NCBI GenBank assembly: GCA_016748015.1
Contig: JAAOMT010000003.1
Span: 128,373 to 192,372 of the forward strand
Direction: 5' to 3'
Length of the DNA stretch: 64,000 nt
From: Geosiphon pyriformis uo1
Taxonomy: Eukaryota; Fungi; Glomeromycota
Shown: positions 1 to 13,399 of the stretch, one piece after another
Position numbering within the stretch: position 1 is the stretch's first letter
How the letters are laid out: the number at the start of each line of letters is the position of its first letter
Translations under genes and position numbers: made by a program
The notes under the pieces: generated by a model
Databases searched by the model: none
What the model was told of the DNA's origin: nothing
What the model saw: the letters and a program-made list of their open reading frames with translations, nothing else

Positions 1-165
1 TTTTTTGATCGAAAACCTATACATAAATCGGGAAAATTTTCCTTTACATTAAAAATATTGATAATTTCAATGAAATCAAAGATTTCAATATTTCATTCAG
101 TCAAAGCCACCATGTTCGAAAGATGATACAGTTCACAGATCATTACTTTTAATACAAATGGTATT

Positions 166-198
166 CCCCCCCCCTCCCCCTCCCCCTCCCCTCACCCC
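166..198 (-). repeat. C-run tract (GGGGGA)n on the minus strand; potential G-quadruplex
   Basis: cccccccc-t-ccccc-t-ccccc-t-cccc-tca-cccc in otherwise AT-rich DNA. Confidence 0.6.
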
Positions 199-930
199 TA
201 GATTTTGAAACAATTTCTTAAGAATCCTCGTAGAATCTGCAAATGAAGTTTTCCATAGAAAAGCTTTACAGATCAAGATTTTTCTCTATGAATATGTATA
301 ATTAACTTGTAGTAGTATTACAACATGTACAGGGTTTTGTAAATTAAGGGATATCTTTTTTGTTTCAAAGGGTATACCTGGAAAGTCCATTTACGCGTAT
401 CACTAAATTTTAAATTACATCCATATTTGAATGATTTTTTTAATTAATCAATCAATCAATTTTAAGTGAGAAATATCTGCATCATAAATTAATTATCATT
501 TATAAAAACATTAATGGTAATTTGCTTTTGATATTGAAAAATAAAAATTTTATGTTTGTAAACAAACAGATAAAATACTTATTTATCCCTCTAAAATAAT
601 GAATGTGAATACAGTTAAATTAACATAATTGATTGACAATTTTATAATGTAAAATTTTTTGTACATCCTATAGATTTTTCAAAGTTCTACTATCCAAAAT
701 GTACAACGGGTAATTCTAGACCCGATTAAAACTACATATTTATTTTACCAGTTTAAAGAAACATATTTAGTTTCCACCGTTTCCAGCCTAGAAAAATTTC
801 TAGAAAAGTTGAAACAAAACATAAAAGTAGGAGAGTAAAATTTTGTACTACAAGGTACCAACATTCAAAAAATGTGTATTGAACCAACTAATTTGGAATT
901 GTAAGAACCTCACCCGATTAAAAAGTATTT

Positions 931-1686
931 TTATTTTTTGAAATTGAAGCTGAAACGGTTTCTGTTTCGGCTAGAATTTGATGGTCTTTTTTTAGGCTTG
1001 GAGGATTTGGATTTGGGTCCGGAAGATGTGGGATTGGAGGATGTGAAATCGGAGGATGTGGTCTCGCTACTAGAGCCTCCAGAGCCTCCCATAGGAGTGG
1101 CAAAATTTTGTGTCCAATAGTTGTTATTAACGCCCATGCCAAAATGGGTATAAGATCCTAAAATGTTTTCTCTATGTCCGGGGGAATTCATCCAACTTTT
1201 AAAATTACAAAAAGAAAAGGGTTTATTAAAGTTTCAATCAATCAATATTATTAAAATCATTATTTTTAATCAAAAATTTCTTTACCCATCCATAACAGCA
1301 TTCTCTGTCGTATAACCAAAAGCAACATTCTCAGCAGCAGCGCTCCATGTAAAGCCATTAGCAGTTATTCGATCACCCATTTCACCCGCAGGGTCGGAAT
1401 GAGTCATCTGATTAATTGAGGCCTGGTAATTGCTATGATCTTGGGCGCAATTATTGAGTTGTCTGTATAAATAAGAAAATTTTTTTTTAATAAAAAAAAA
1501 TACTCCACATTTAAATTATGCAAAAAAATTTTAAAATTCTTACGAGCTAATTTTTAAAGCAGATAAACCATTTTTTGCACGTTCATTATTTACAAGTGCT
1601 AGCATTGAACTCGGACTAGCGAGAACGACACTGGTAACGAAAGCAAAGACGAAAAAGAAAGTGACAAATAAATTTGAAGAAATCAT
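931..1686 (-). CDS. Secreted CAP/SCP (PR-1-like, YkwD-type) domain protein with Ser/Lys-rich C-terminal tail; 3 exons (1686-1544, 1462-1286, 1195-931)
   Basis: Signal peptide MISSNLFVTFFFVFAFVTSVVLA; LVNNERAKNGL, AQDHSNYQ...MTH, AAAENVAFGY, GWMNSPGHRENILGSYTHFGMG..YWTQNF are the CAP motifs; GTAAG..CAG and GTAAA..AAG introns keep the frame. Confidence 0.93.
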
Positions 1687-2709
1687 TTTTTTTTTTAAAA
1701 AAAAAAGAAGCTTTTCGCAGAAGAGCTTTTGAAATGAAAATTTATTGTCAAAAAGGAAAAAAAAAGGAAAAATAAAGGCTTCAAAGCCCAAAATATATTT
1801 TTTGGAAAGGAAGAGAGAAGGTAGAAGTTGATCTAAGGAACAAGAAAGTCTTTTCCATCCCTTTTTATATTCAAAGAATTAAATGTCTTTCTTTACTAAT
1901 TACAATAGTATAGATGGTATATATATTTTTTTGGAAACACAAGCTAAATTCTTAATTGATGTTCATATCTTTAATACCATTTCTAGAATATATTCTGCGA
2001 GTAATGCATTTTGTACCAGAAATTGATCGAACGAATGACAAGATAAGAAACACATGTTTTTTTACTTGATTGATTCGATTTTCCTTTTATGTAAATTCAT
2101 CAACAGTTAACGAGCTAAAGGGATTTATCTGTTTCCTTGAATGGGGTCAGATATTGCAGGACTTTTGTTCCCTGCTGAAAGAATTAAATTATTCAATTTT
2201 CTGATATTAATTTAATAAAATATTCAGCAGTAGCAGCAGCAGCAGCAGTCAATTAACGAGATTTCTAAAATCTAAGATTGGTTAAACATTTGTATTAAAT
2301 TTTTAACAAATAAATCTCTTTAATAACTTGAAACATGGTCATTTAGCTATTCGCTATTCTATTTGTGATCACTTTTTTTAATACTGTAATCTTTATTTGG
2401 GAATATTCATCTGATTTTAGATTGTTAAAAAAAATTTTAATCGCTTTACCAATTTATAAAAAGTATTTAATCGCTTAGCGTTCAAAAACCAACTAATCAG
2501 TTAACTAACTAACTTGAATCAATTTGACGCAAATAGGACTGTACAAGTTTCGTTTATATATTGATTGACAGAGCATTTAGTTTTTTGGGGAAAAGCAAAG
2601 TTTTTTATGAGATAACTTTCATGATTAAAATTTTTGATTTTAGAGCACTGGTCGGTCAGAATGATCGAAAAAAAATTGCTTTCAATTTAATTTTCATGTA
2701 TGATTCTCA

Positions 2710-2710
<1 letters not shown>

Positions 2711-2751
<41 letters not shown>

Positions 2752-2765
2752 CTCTTTCTCTCTCT
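2711..2765 (+). repeat. (TTTC)n/(TC)n microsatellite
   Basis: Direct reading. Confidence 0.9.
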
Positions 2766-4249
2766 TCTACTTCCTAAATTCAATAAAGTAAATACTTTAA
2801 ATCTTTAGCTGATTCTCTGTGTAATCAAGCATTACACATTCCCTTTTTCAATCAACAATTTATTGAATGAAACTGTAAAAATTAGCAAACCTTGTCCCTA
2901 AAAAAGTATGATAAATTGGCTTAAAAAATGATCTTTTTTTTGTTGAACCAAGGTATCTGCGTGCAGATCCAAGATATTATAATTCATATCAGCATTACCC
3001 CCAGAATTCATACATTATTAAAGCTCCTAAAATCGCTTTAGAGACTTGAATATCAAATTAATAAGAAAAGATGACTGTTTCAATCAAGTTGAACAAGGTA
3101 TCACTGCATGATAATTTGCCTCTGAAACAGGCATCAATCCTTTTTAGTTTGTGTGATGAGGTACGTTATGTTCATTAATGAGTAATTCTGCTCATTTAAA
3201 TTTGCAGTTCTGCATTGCAGAATGAGAAGTACGGTAGAACTCTATACATCTTTCTAAACTTTGTAAGGAGTTTAACAATATTGATCCCCATCAAAAATTG
3301 AGGATTTATCTATTTCTCAATATGATAAAAAAATAAAGCTATCTCGATTTTTCATATGAGAACAAGTTAAAAATTTTAAAGTTTTTTATTTTTTAAGCTT
3401 ATTGCTTTGACCAAGTCTGTTTAGAAGCAGACAGGAGCTCTTTGGGTTATATTGAAAATTTTGTGTCCTAACAAGGATCCTGAAAGAACTCATTTTTAAT
3501 GCTTTTCAAAGAAATAATTTTAAAAAAATTGTGACAATTTATTATTAGTAAAAGCAAAACAAATCTCAAAAAGTCAGCCAACCAGCCAACCAGTCATAAA
3601 TTATGACAAGGAAAAAAAGAAATATCTGACTGGGTTGGTTAATTTATTCGATATTAAATCTTTTTTAAGCCAACCAATTGGAACCAAACAATTTATCAAA
3701 TACGATTTTTTCCAGATTGATCGTTTTTTTTTTTTTCAAATACCAGATAATTCTCATCAAAATATCACGCCATTCACAGGTAAAAAATCATTCCAAAAGA
3801 CTTTGGTCAAAAGTTTTCAAGATTTTTTCTTTTTTTAAAATTTTTAGATTTTATTTAATATTATTTAGAATTAACTAATTGTGATTTTTCAACGTGAAAA
3901 AAAAAATCGCCTAGTAAACTAATGAAAGATAATTGAATTTTGAATTTTCACTCACGAGTAAAAAAGTACTATATTAAAATTTTAATATTTTAATAAAAGT
4001 AACTATTTAACATCGATTTCATAAAATATTCTAAAAAATTGAATGAAATTTTTACGCGTTTCGTTTCGAGCAACGAAATAAAATAAAAATTAACGAAAAA
4101 TTTAAGAAACGATAAATTGATTGAGAAAAAGTCGCAGGTTCGTTGTACATTTTTAAAACGCTTTCAGGATCAAAAAAAGAAAAAAGTTCGAAGATAATTT
4201 TGTAAAAAAAATAAAAAGATGGAAATGTCGAATTTTAAAAGAAAAAAAG

Positions 4250-4283
4250 TTTTGTTTGTTTGTTTGTTTGTTTGTTTGTTTGT
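4250..4283 (+). repeat. (TTTG)n microsatellite
   Basis: Direct reading. Confidence 0.9.
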
Positions 4284-4932
4284 TCTTCCGTTTTCTAAAA
4301 TTGTTCGATTTTCAAGGTAATAATGATTATGATGGTTAAAATGGTTAAAATAACCAAAAGGATTTAACTAAACTTTTTTAAAGTATGAGCTTTTTCCAAG
4401 AAGGATTAATTATATATACAGATAGCGAATAATAATAATTTTTATATATATATATATAGAAAAGCAAGGATCAAAGGCACAGGTTCATTTTTTCATGATT
4501 CAAAAAAGTGAGTCCCATAATAGCTAGCTAGAGTGACTAATTATAAGAATGAAAAATTCCGACCGGCGGTTTTTTTCCTTTAAAAAGTAGGTGGGGGTGA
4601 GAGTTAAAAAAAGGTTTTTTGAATAAGTAATCCTATATATAAATACTTTTTTAGTATACTTTTGTCCAAAAGTCCAAAAAGAATTTTTTTAGACAGTTGG
4701 TGGGAAAAAAGAAAAAAAAGTCCTTTTGTTTTTTGCTTATTATAAGGATGAGAAGAAGGGGTTTTTAGAAAATTGAATTTTTGGAATCCTTAAAAGATTG
4801 ATGATGATGATAATTATAAAAAGAATTTTGGGGTTTTAGACTTATGTTTTTAGAGTTTTGGTTTGTTTAAAACAATTGAATATATAAAATGATTATTTGT
4901 GGTTTCCAGTAGAGACATGAATTTTATCGAAA

Positions 4933-5445
4933 CTAGTTAGAGGACTGTAAAACTCGAATTCCATTCACTAACATTTCGTCAAATTCTTCCATTTGTACAA
5001 CCATACATTTAGCTTCTCCCCTTGACCCACGAATTTCTTCGATATCGCAATCAATTTCTTCTAAATCAAAAGCTTCATATTCGGGAAAAGAGATATACGA
5101 AGATTGTTCAGAATCAGTAGAATGAAAACTTTCAGTAGGTGAAGTTGGTAATATGGGTGATAATGGGGGTGAAGTGAGAAGTTGCATGGTTGCATGAATC
5201 AAAATTCGAAGTGTATTTGTTCGTTGTCTCGATTGCTTTTTCAATGTTGTAGAACTGGTTTGCAATGAGAGTTGGGGTGATTGATCTTGTAAAAGATGAA
5301 AATTTGATGATAAGGCGGTTTTTGATGATTGAAATTGATCTAAGGAGTTGCTCGTGTCGTCATTCATCATGATAACTTTTTCATTATTATTATTGTTGTC
5401 GTTGTTATAAGAAACCTGATGATGAACATCAATGAAATAAGTCAT
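4933..5445 (-). CDS. Hypothetical 170-aa low-complexity protein (Asn/Ser/Gln-rich, SP/TP motifs, acidic C-terminus)
   Basis: Single ATG-started 513-bp ORF with coding-like composition in AT-rich flanks; no domain recognised. Confidence 0.7.
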   Translation of the reverse strand: MTYFIDVHHQVSYNNDNNNNNEKVIMMNDDTSNSLDQFQSSKTALSSNFHLLQDQSPQLSLQTSSTTLKKQSRQRTNTLRILIHATMQLLTSPPLSPILPTSPTESFHSTDSEQSSYISFPEYEAFDLEEIDCDIEEIRGSRGEAKCMVVQMEEFDEMLVNGIRVLQSSN

Positions 5446-6481
5446 GATATTGTAGTGATTGATGGGTTATTTGAAAAAATCTGCTTCTCGGTTGTAAAAA
5501 AAAAAAATATCGTGTCTTTGACAAAAGTATTCTGTTTGGCAATTGCTCTGTAATAATAGACGGATCCAAGTTGAATTGTTGATTTTGATTTTGAATCAAG
5601 AGTCAATTTTCAAAACGATTATACTTTTGAAAGCTTGAGTTGTTGTTGTTGTTTGTTGTTTGAAAGAAAATAATGAATTCGTTGATTTCCAAGAATTTCT
5701 TTACCACTTTTTCCTTTTAAAAAAAGCAAAATGAAATTCTATTTTCCTTTTTTTTTTTTTTTTGGGAAAAGAGAAGTCTTTGATGTCGTTAAAAGAGAAG
5801 TCAGGTTTTTTCTTGTCAACTGTTGGGATTTGGGTATCAAGCACTTTTATATTAAAAAAAATTGGATTTTGGTGAGACCAAAGTGTTTCCTCTTACGATA
5901 CTTATGTGTTTGATAGTTGTACACAAAACTGTTCAGTTATCGACAACCGATTGTAAAAATTTGTGTGTGTGTTTAAAAATTAATAATTAAAATGTATTCT
6001 AAACAATAATAAAAAGAGAATATTATTATTAATGTATAGTTATAGTATAGTATGTGATAATTGAAAAAGAACAGCCACACAAATCATATAAAAATCATAA
6101 TATTTTTTTTTGTCAAGTGAGATGCTATATTTGGTATCGGTGGAATAAAAGATGATTGATTGATTATTAGATTGATTGAGTATATCTTATATAGTTTATG
6201 ATTTAGCTTAAACTAAATCGGTAGATGAGTTATTTTTTTTTTTTCTTAATCGGTAAAAATTATGGTTTTTTTTTCTTTTTCGACTTCTTTTCTCTACCCT
6301 AAAGTTCGGTTTGAACCAAAAGAAAAATTTTGGAAAAAAAAACTCTAGAACTTTTAAGTGATAGTAGGAGAAGAAAATAATATTGGTTTTGATCGCTCAA
6401 TTGACAAAAGAAGACGAGCTTAATTAGGAATGGGTCTTTATATAATAATTCAAAAAAAAGTTATTTTCCTTAAGATAAGAC

Positions 6482-7728
6482 TCATCATAATCATCATCAT
6501 AATTATCATCATCATTATCATCATCATCATCACCACCACCACCTCATTTTTGTGTATTTGATTGACAATGTATTATACGATACATATACAGCTGTATTAT
6601 TTTTATTTTTATTATTATTATTATTATTTTTATTGTTTTTCCACACACACACACTTTTAACTTTTTTTTTCCCGAAATTTTTATTTTTTCGGTTTGTTTA
6701 TTGAAAGAGATTCTATACAGCCAGCATACCATTTATCTCTAATTCACTACAGTGTGTAACTGTAGCAAACAAAAATATACAGAATAGAAAAAGTTTAATA
6801 ATTTTAAATTAGTAAAATTTGAACAAGGAGTAGTTTACCGTTGTATTTGGTTTTTGTTGCTGCTCCCTGTCAAAGAAAGAAAGAAAGAAGAAGACACACA
6901 GTCATTAAAATTTTTTCTATTAAAATGATAATAAAAAAATAAATTAAAATTTAGTTTATATATGTATTTATTTATTATATATCGATTCACACGTAATTTA
7001 TTTATCATAATAAAAAATCGACACACCAATCAAATTATCCTATCTATCTATCTATCTATCTATCATAAAAAAAATATGCAACGTACAAACCCGGACCTTA
7101 GCATTACTATCAAAAGTTTAATTCATCATAGAGTGTCAGGTTTTTATAGGTCTTTTTTTTTAGTAAGAGCTATCAAACCTTTCTTTGATACACGTAACTT
7201 GGAATTTTCGGCTATTCATGATTCACAAAAAATTTATCGGCTCGAAGGCTTATCTCCCAGAATATTGGATTTCGATTGATTGAAAATTTTATAATAGTTA
7301 GCCATTAATTAAATTTAAAAAAGAGTTGCAGATAAATTTTACTTTTCACTAAAAAACATGCCTACGCAGGCCATATAATTTTAATTTAATAAAATAATTT
7401 TAAAGAAAAAAGCAAGTTTAAGCAAAACCTACCTTTAATGATGTGGTTTTTTCTTCAAAATTAATTCTATAATTTTTCTCTTCGAATAAAATTACATGAA
7501 TTATTTACTTGCCACAATACAGAAATTAACTTTCATGTTAAAAAAAAACTTAATATATAGTTCTGGTGTCACGTTTAAAAAAATCTGCCAAAAGATTTCT
7601 AAAAGTTGCGTAATTTTCTAAATTCTACCGTTGTTGTTGCTCAACATCTGGATGGTAACATTCTGCGTGCCCCTAAAAAATTAACAGTTAAAAAGCGGGG
7701 TAAAAAGAAAAGAGAGAAAGAAAGAAAG

Positions 7729-7775
<47 letters not shown>

Positions 7776-8508
7776 CCAGCGATTACAAACCAAAATATCG
7801 TCAAAAGAAAAGGAAATTCGGCTTCCTTTGTCCATCCAAAATTTCTTTGCGTTAGGTTATTACATATATTTCCCACAAAGTAAAGATGATCAATGCATTA
7901 TTTTATCACGAATAAAGGTAATGGTAATTAACATACGATGTATTGTTTCTTTACTGAAAACAATTTTCCCCCCGGAAAAAAAAAGGCTCGGGCACCGAAT
8001 ACAATCAAGTTCTCAGAAACTTTCCTGCACCATAGAGACTTTTTCCCGAGTACTTGATATAAATCGACTTTGTTTGTTGTTGTATTTATTCGCTTATTAC
8101 TCGAATCCCGGGAACAAGGAGAGGAAAATGTGGTATCATAGCAGTCAAAAAGATTCTATAGTTAATTTGGTAAAACGATTTCACTAATCAGGATGGTAAT
8201 TGATTCTCACAAGATCCTCTCTCTCTCTCTTTCTCTGTCCCTGTCTCTCTGTCTCTGTCTCTCTATGTATGTAAAAAAAGAAAGGGACAAAAGGAAATCA
8301 CAAACCTATTCATTGTTAAATTTCTTGGGTCCCAGTTCCCGTATCAACACGAGTTATCCCACGAGTTCAAGATAAGAGAAAAATACATGCAACCTGTGTA
8401 TCACAAACTAATAATTATGCAAGCAGAAAAACCATTTTGGCAAAAGAAAAAACCAATCAGCTCAAATATATGCCTTATGTCGAATCTTGGAATACCTTTT
8501 GTTTCCAA

Positions 8509-8558
<50 letters not shown>

Positions 8559-10822
8559 ACATCATCAACATCATTCAAATCACCATCTTATTTTATTTAT
8601 AATTAAAGACAATAGAGAAATATTCTTATTGAAACTCTTTGGTCATGAATCAAATAGTGTGTGCTAATTTTCGGAATTTTCTTTCAACATGCTCGGGTAC
8701 TCAACCTTTTTTGCCATGATTCCTTAAAGGTAATATATTTTTTCTCTTGGGAAGTGTTCGATACAAATCAGATTAGCTTTTTATGCATGATTTATTTTTA
8801 ATTTTTACGTGAATCAAATTTTAAAAGTAAAAAAAGAAAGTGAAGCAGATCTTCCCTTTTTACTTCCCCAAAGTTATACCTGATAGAAATGGTCATTATC
8901 TCATCAAAATCTGATCGCAGTCTGATAACAACAACAACAACAAATAATTTTAAACAAGTTAAAATTCTTTTTTTCAATTAATCATCTTTATAGATTTTCC
9001 TCATGAAATTCAACGTGGCAAATCCTTAAAGAAAAAGTGTTTTCTTTCGAAAAAGCGAAAGATATCTATAATTTCTAAGGTTAGCATCATGGATAAAAGG
9101 CCATGTGCGACAAAAATTCTGGTTAAAAAATATGAATAATGCTACGCTATTCTATCTCATCTTATTATTATCGCATCATATTTGCCAAGATTAAATATTT
9201 CTTAATCTCGAACGCACTATCTAAACTTATCTACTACGCCTCTAGATATGGATAGGGTAAATTACTAGGATTTACCTATTCTGTTTTAGGGCTTTGTGAT
9301 TAAAAGGAAACAAAGTACATGTAATAAATAATTTTTTTTGTAAACTTCAATTCTTTCTTGTCTCTCTCTCTCTCTTTTAATGTAAAAGAATGATTTGTCA
9401 AAGAAAAAAATTGATTGGGAAATACGCATTTTTCTTTGGTCAAATATTTGTATGGTTCATTATCTCCATTTTTTTTCATGCCAAAAAACCATTATTCTCA
9501 ATGATGGCAGCAACAATAGAGTCTGAATATTCTGGTTAAAGCCTGACAGGTATCATCATCAATTATCGGGGGCATTGTACATTGTACAAGAAAGGGTAAA
9601 AAAGTATGTAGGTTTGAGGCTTTAGATGCAATTCAATAACCGTCGTGTTCCTTGGGCTAATAGGATATCAATAGAAGTTTATTATGCATATATCATGATG
9701 CATTGCAGCTTTGTAACAATGTGTGGCGTGTTAAAGAGCGTGTGTTACAACAGGTAAACCTTCAAAAGTACGCTAAACTCTTTTGTCATCTTAAACAAGC
9801 TAGCTCTTTTCCAGATTTACTATGAATCCTTTTTGAAATTTGTTTTTTTATTTTTTATTTTTTATTACTAGATCGGTAAGCTTGTTTTTATCCTTTTGAT
9901 AAATTCTGACATTAAAAAGAGGTTTAGAACTTATTTTTGTTTTAGTGTTAAAAATTGATATTGGTACAAAAAAATTTTTTGTTTTATACAATATGTTAGC
10001 CTCTAATCTCTTTTTAAATGCGGCAAAACTCCTAAGAATTTATTTAATTCGACAATCGAGATAAATGCCTGAATAATTATTTTGGCAAGACTTCATAGGG
10101 CCTTGATTCGTAATCTCTAAAAAGAGAAAAATATGTTAAATGTGCTTTGTAATAATAAAAAAGGGAGATTAGGGAGATGATTAATAGAGAATTTAACGTC
10201 TCAATGACGAAAAAAGTAAATATTACGTATACATTTTGTTAATATTCATTTCTCAATAGAAGTATTAGAATGGAGCACACACACTCACACACAAAAAAAA
10301 AATAAAGATTGAGAGGTTCGAAAAATTTTTTATCATGAACCAATTCAAATTCAATAAATCAAAGGGTCTGCCTAATATGGTATCGCTCAACCTTTGTTTG
10401 GACGATCGATAATAGAATTTACTTCTTTCTTTGGCAAAAGAAAATGCGTTGTTAAAAAAAAAATTTTTAAATAGTTCTTGCCATTCTAAAATATTTTTCC
10501 CCTCTTTGATTCGTCAATTATTCTATTTTTCGAGTCTCATTCTTTTTAAAATAAATTCTGTCATAACCAATACTTTTAGATTAAATCTCATGAATCTACG
10601 TAAAAACATGCATTTCTTTTTGCGCTTTGAAAACCGTAACGCATTAGTCTTAAATGTTTTAATGTGTTTTTTTCGCAGAAAAACAAGTTTTTCCTTCAAA
10701 CATTTGGGATCTGTGCATGGAAGGTTTAAAATTTTAATGTAACCGCCAAAAAATTTGTTCTTTTAAATTCTGATTATTGTTTTCATATGAAATCCTAAAA
10801 TATTAAACAATCAAGATTCTAG

Positions 10823-10853
<31 letters not shown>

Positions 10854-12050
10854 TGTGATCTAAAAAAATCCCCAGTGACATGAGATCAACGCTAGAAAAA
10901 AAATGAGAGGTCACCCTGACATTGTGTGCAAGGTACCAGGTTAAGGAGTGCCAAACAAACAATCAAAAAAATTGATTTTGAGAATGCTTTTTCAAGATCG
11001 ACGATGTGGCAACCAAAAATCACATTGTTTTTCCAAGTTCATATACTGTGAGAAGAAATGTCACAAACGGTAGTACCCTCGCGAGGGTTCTCGATCCAAA
11101 ACTTGACTGTGAGCAGGACTTTTGATTTTTTTTTTGATTTTTTTTTCCCATTGCACAGAATGGGTAGCATGTTTTTACGATTTCCTAAAAATGAAAAAAA
11201 AAAACTGAATATCACCTTTTGATAGTGACGTAAAACAATTGGGGAAGAATGCTAAAAAGAATTGCGGCCATCACTTTTGAACAATACAAGAGAGAGAGAG
11301 AAATGATAAATTAAGATTATCAGAAAAGCCGAATAAAAACAATAGAATATATTGAAGTCCAAAAATAAGATTCGATTATTTAATAAATGAGCGCCAAACT
11401 TAGTTTTTAAAAAGTTTTCTAAATGTTACGCCATATTTATTTTTTTTATTTTTTTTATTTTTTTTCTCTAAAATGTAGGAGAGCTGTCAACCACTACTCT
11501 ATTTTTATAACTAGGTGGGAAAAGGTTTCAATGAAAATGGAATGTAGCACACACACACACACATAAACAGGCTCGAATTCCCGGTTTTTTCTCCTTTTCA
11601 GCGCCACAATGATAGGCGTAATATTTGTATGCAGCAGCAGCAGCAAAAAATTTCTACCGTTTTTAAGTATGATAATAATAGATGATGATGATGATGATGA
11701 TGATGATGACGACGACGACGACGATGATGATTCCACTGAAAACATGTGTGTGGTATGAAAAGATTTATTTTTGAGTTTTGCATGTGAAATTAAAGAGAAC
11801 AATTTTTTATCTGCCGTGATATCAAACCAATCTAAAATTTTGAATTCACAGAAAAAAAAAAATCTTTTTTGATTTTAAATGGGATCACAGGATTAAATCA
11901 GAATTTTTAAAGATAACCTTGCAATTGAAAGATTGACTTAATTGGGAATATTTTAAAATTCACAAAGAATTTTCGGAGTTCCAAAAGGAAATCAATTCAT
12001 TAAATTGATTGCCTTTTTTTTTTTGGTGTTACAACATTTGATTATCATAC

Positions 12051-12088
<38 letters not shown>

Positions 12089-12703
12089 TTTTGACGTTTT
12101 TTTAAAATTTTCAAAAGAAATATTATCCTCTAATTTTAAATATTTTCTAACAATTTTACAATTGTGCCCCAATTAATTGAAAAAATTTATAGAAATATTT
12201 AACCTAATCTTTAATATTCAACAATCACCAGCACATTAATGACGAACATTACTATTAAAGACAATATAAATGATGTGATGAAATCATTTTTTATATAGAT
12301 TTCATTTTATTAATAATAATGTATTTTCATGTACATTATCAAAAGAATGAGAGAGATAGAGAGAGAGAGAGAAAAGAACCAATCTAGAAAGAGACAAAAT
12401 ATGCAATATTAAATTTTAATTTTATTATTGCGAAAATAATTTCAAATATATGCATATATAAAAGTCTTGGTCTGCAAGTATATCTTTTAAGAAATCTATT
12501 TCATATGTGTGTGTTTAAAGAATCTAAAAATGGTTTTCAGCAAAAAACTTTTCAATTAATTACTTACTTGAACCATAATCATTTGGTTGATGTGACGAAT
12601 TTACTTTTAATATCTTTTTAATATATATATGAATAACCGGGAAAATTTAAATCTTTTTCATTACTACTACTACTACATATACTTACTATTCCTACTACTA
12701 TTC

Positions 12704-12778
<75 letters not shown>

Positions 12779-12789
12779 ACTACTACTAT
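6482..12789. repeat. Microsatellite-dense gene-free region: (CAT)n ~6482-6545 and ~8508-8575, poly-A ~7729-7773, (CAA)n ~10825-10853, (GAT/GAC)n ~11682-11730, (ATT)n ~12052-12087, (TAC)n ~12662-12789
   Basis: Direct reading; the listed ORFs here are translations of these repeats. Confidence 0.85.
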
Positions 12790-13399
12790 CCATGCAACAA
12801 CAGATCTAAGCGTGTGTGCATTGTTCTCATTTTTAACCAGATCGTCTCTAATATTTTCCATTGATAGATTATTATTTTTTTGAGCTTGGGGCACTCGGTG
12901 AATTCTTCACACTGTTTATCAAATTTAGTAGGAGTGACCTTTACATAATAACTTTTTTCTTTCTGAAAGAATTTTCGATTAGACCGTGTTGTGTTGTGTT
13001 GAGATGATGCAAAGTTATAAATCTTCATTATTAAATTTTCCGCTTGTTAAAAAAAACGCGTGCTACCTGATTACCTTATACAAACAATGAGTTCTTTGAC
13101 GAAACACGGAAAACTTTGAAAAATTGCACAAACAAATATATATATATATATACATATGTCATATAATTTATCTAATTAAAGTATTATTTTATTCGTATAT
13201 TCAAAAGTTTAGGTAAAATAGGCTTGGGAATAACCTCTTTTAAGCAATTTGCTATTTAAATGTTCCTCGGTTCATTCCTTAAAAAAATGTAAATTTTCCG
13301 GCTGAGTCTCATCATTTTACTCTGAATAGAAAATTCGGAATTTTCTGGATTCGACCATTGTTAGCCACTCATTTTTTTGAGTAGATAGAAACCTTATAT

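Noticed and set aside
7606-8667. ORFs with poly-Lys, poly-Phe, poly-His and poly-Ile
   Set aside because: Translations of poly-A and (CAT)n microsatellites; no coding signal
11494-13028. Poly-Ser, poly-His and poly-Leu ORFs
   Set aside because: Products of (GAT)n and (TAC)n repeats
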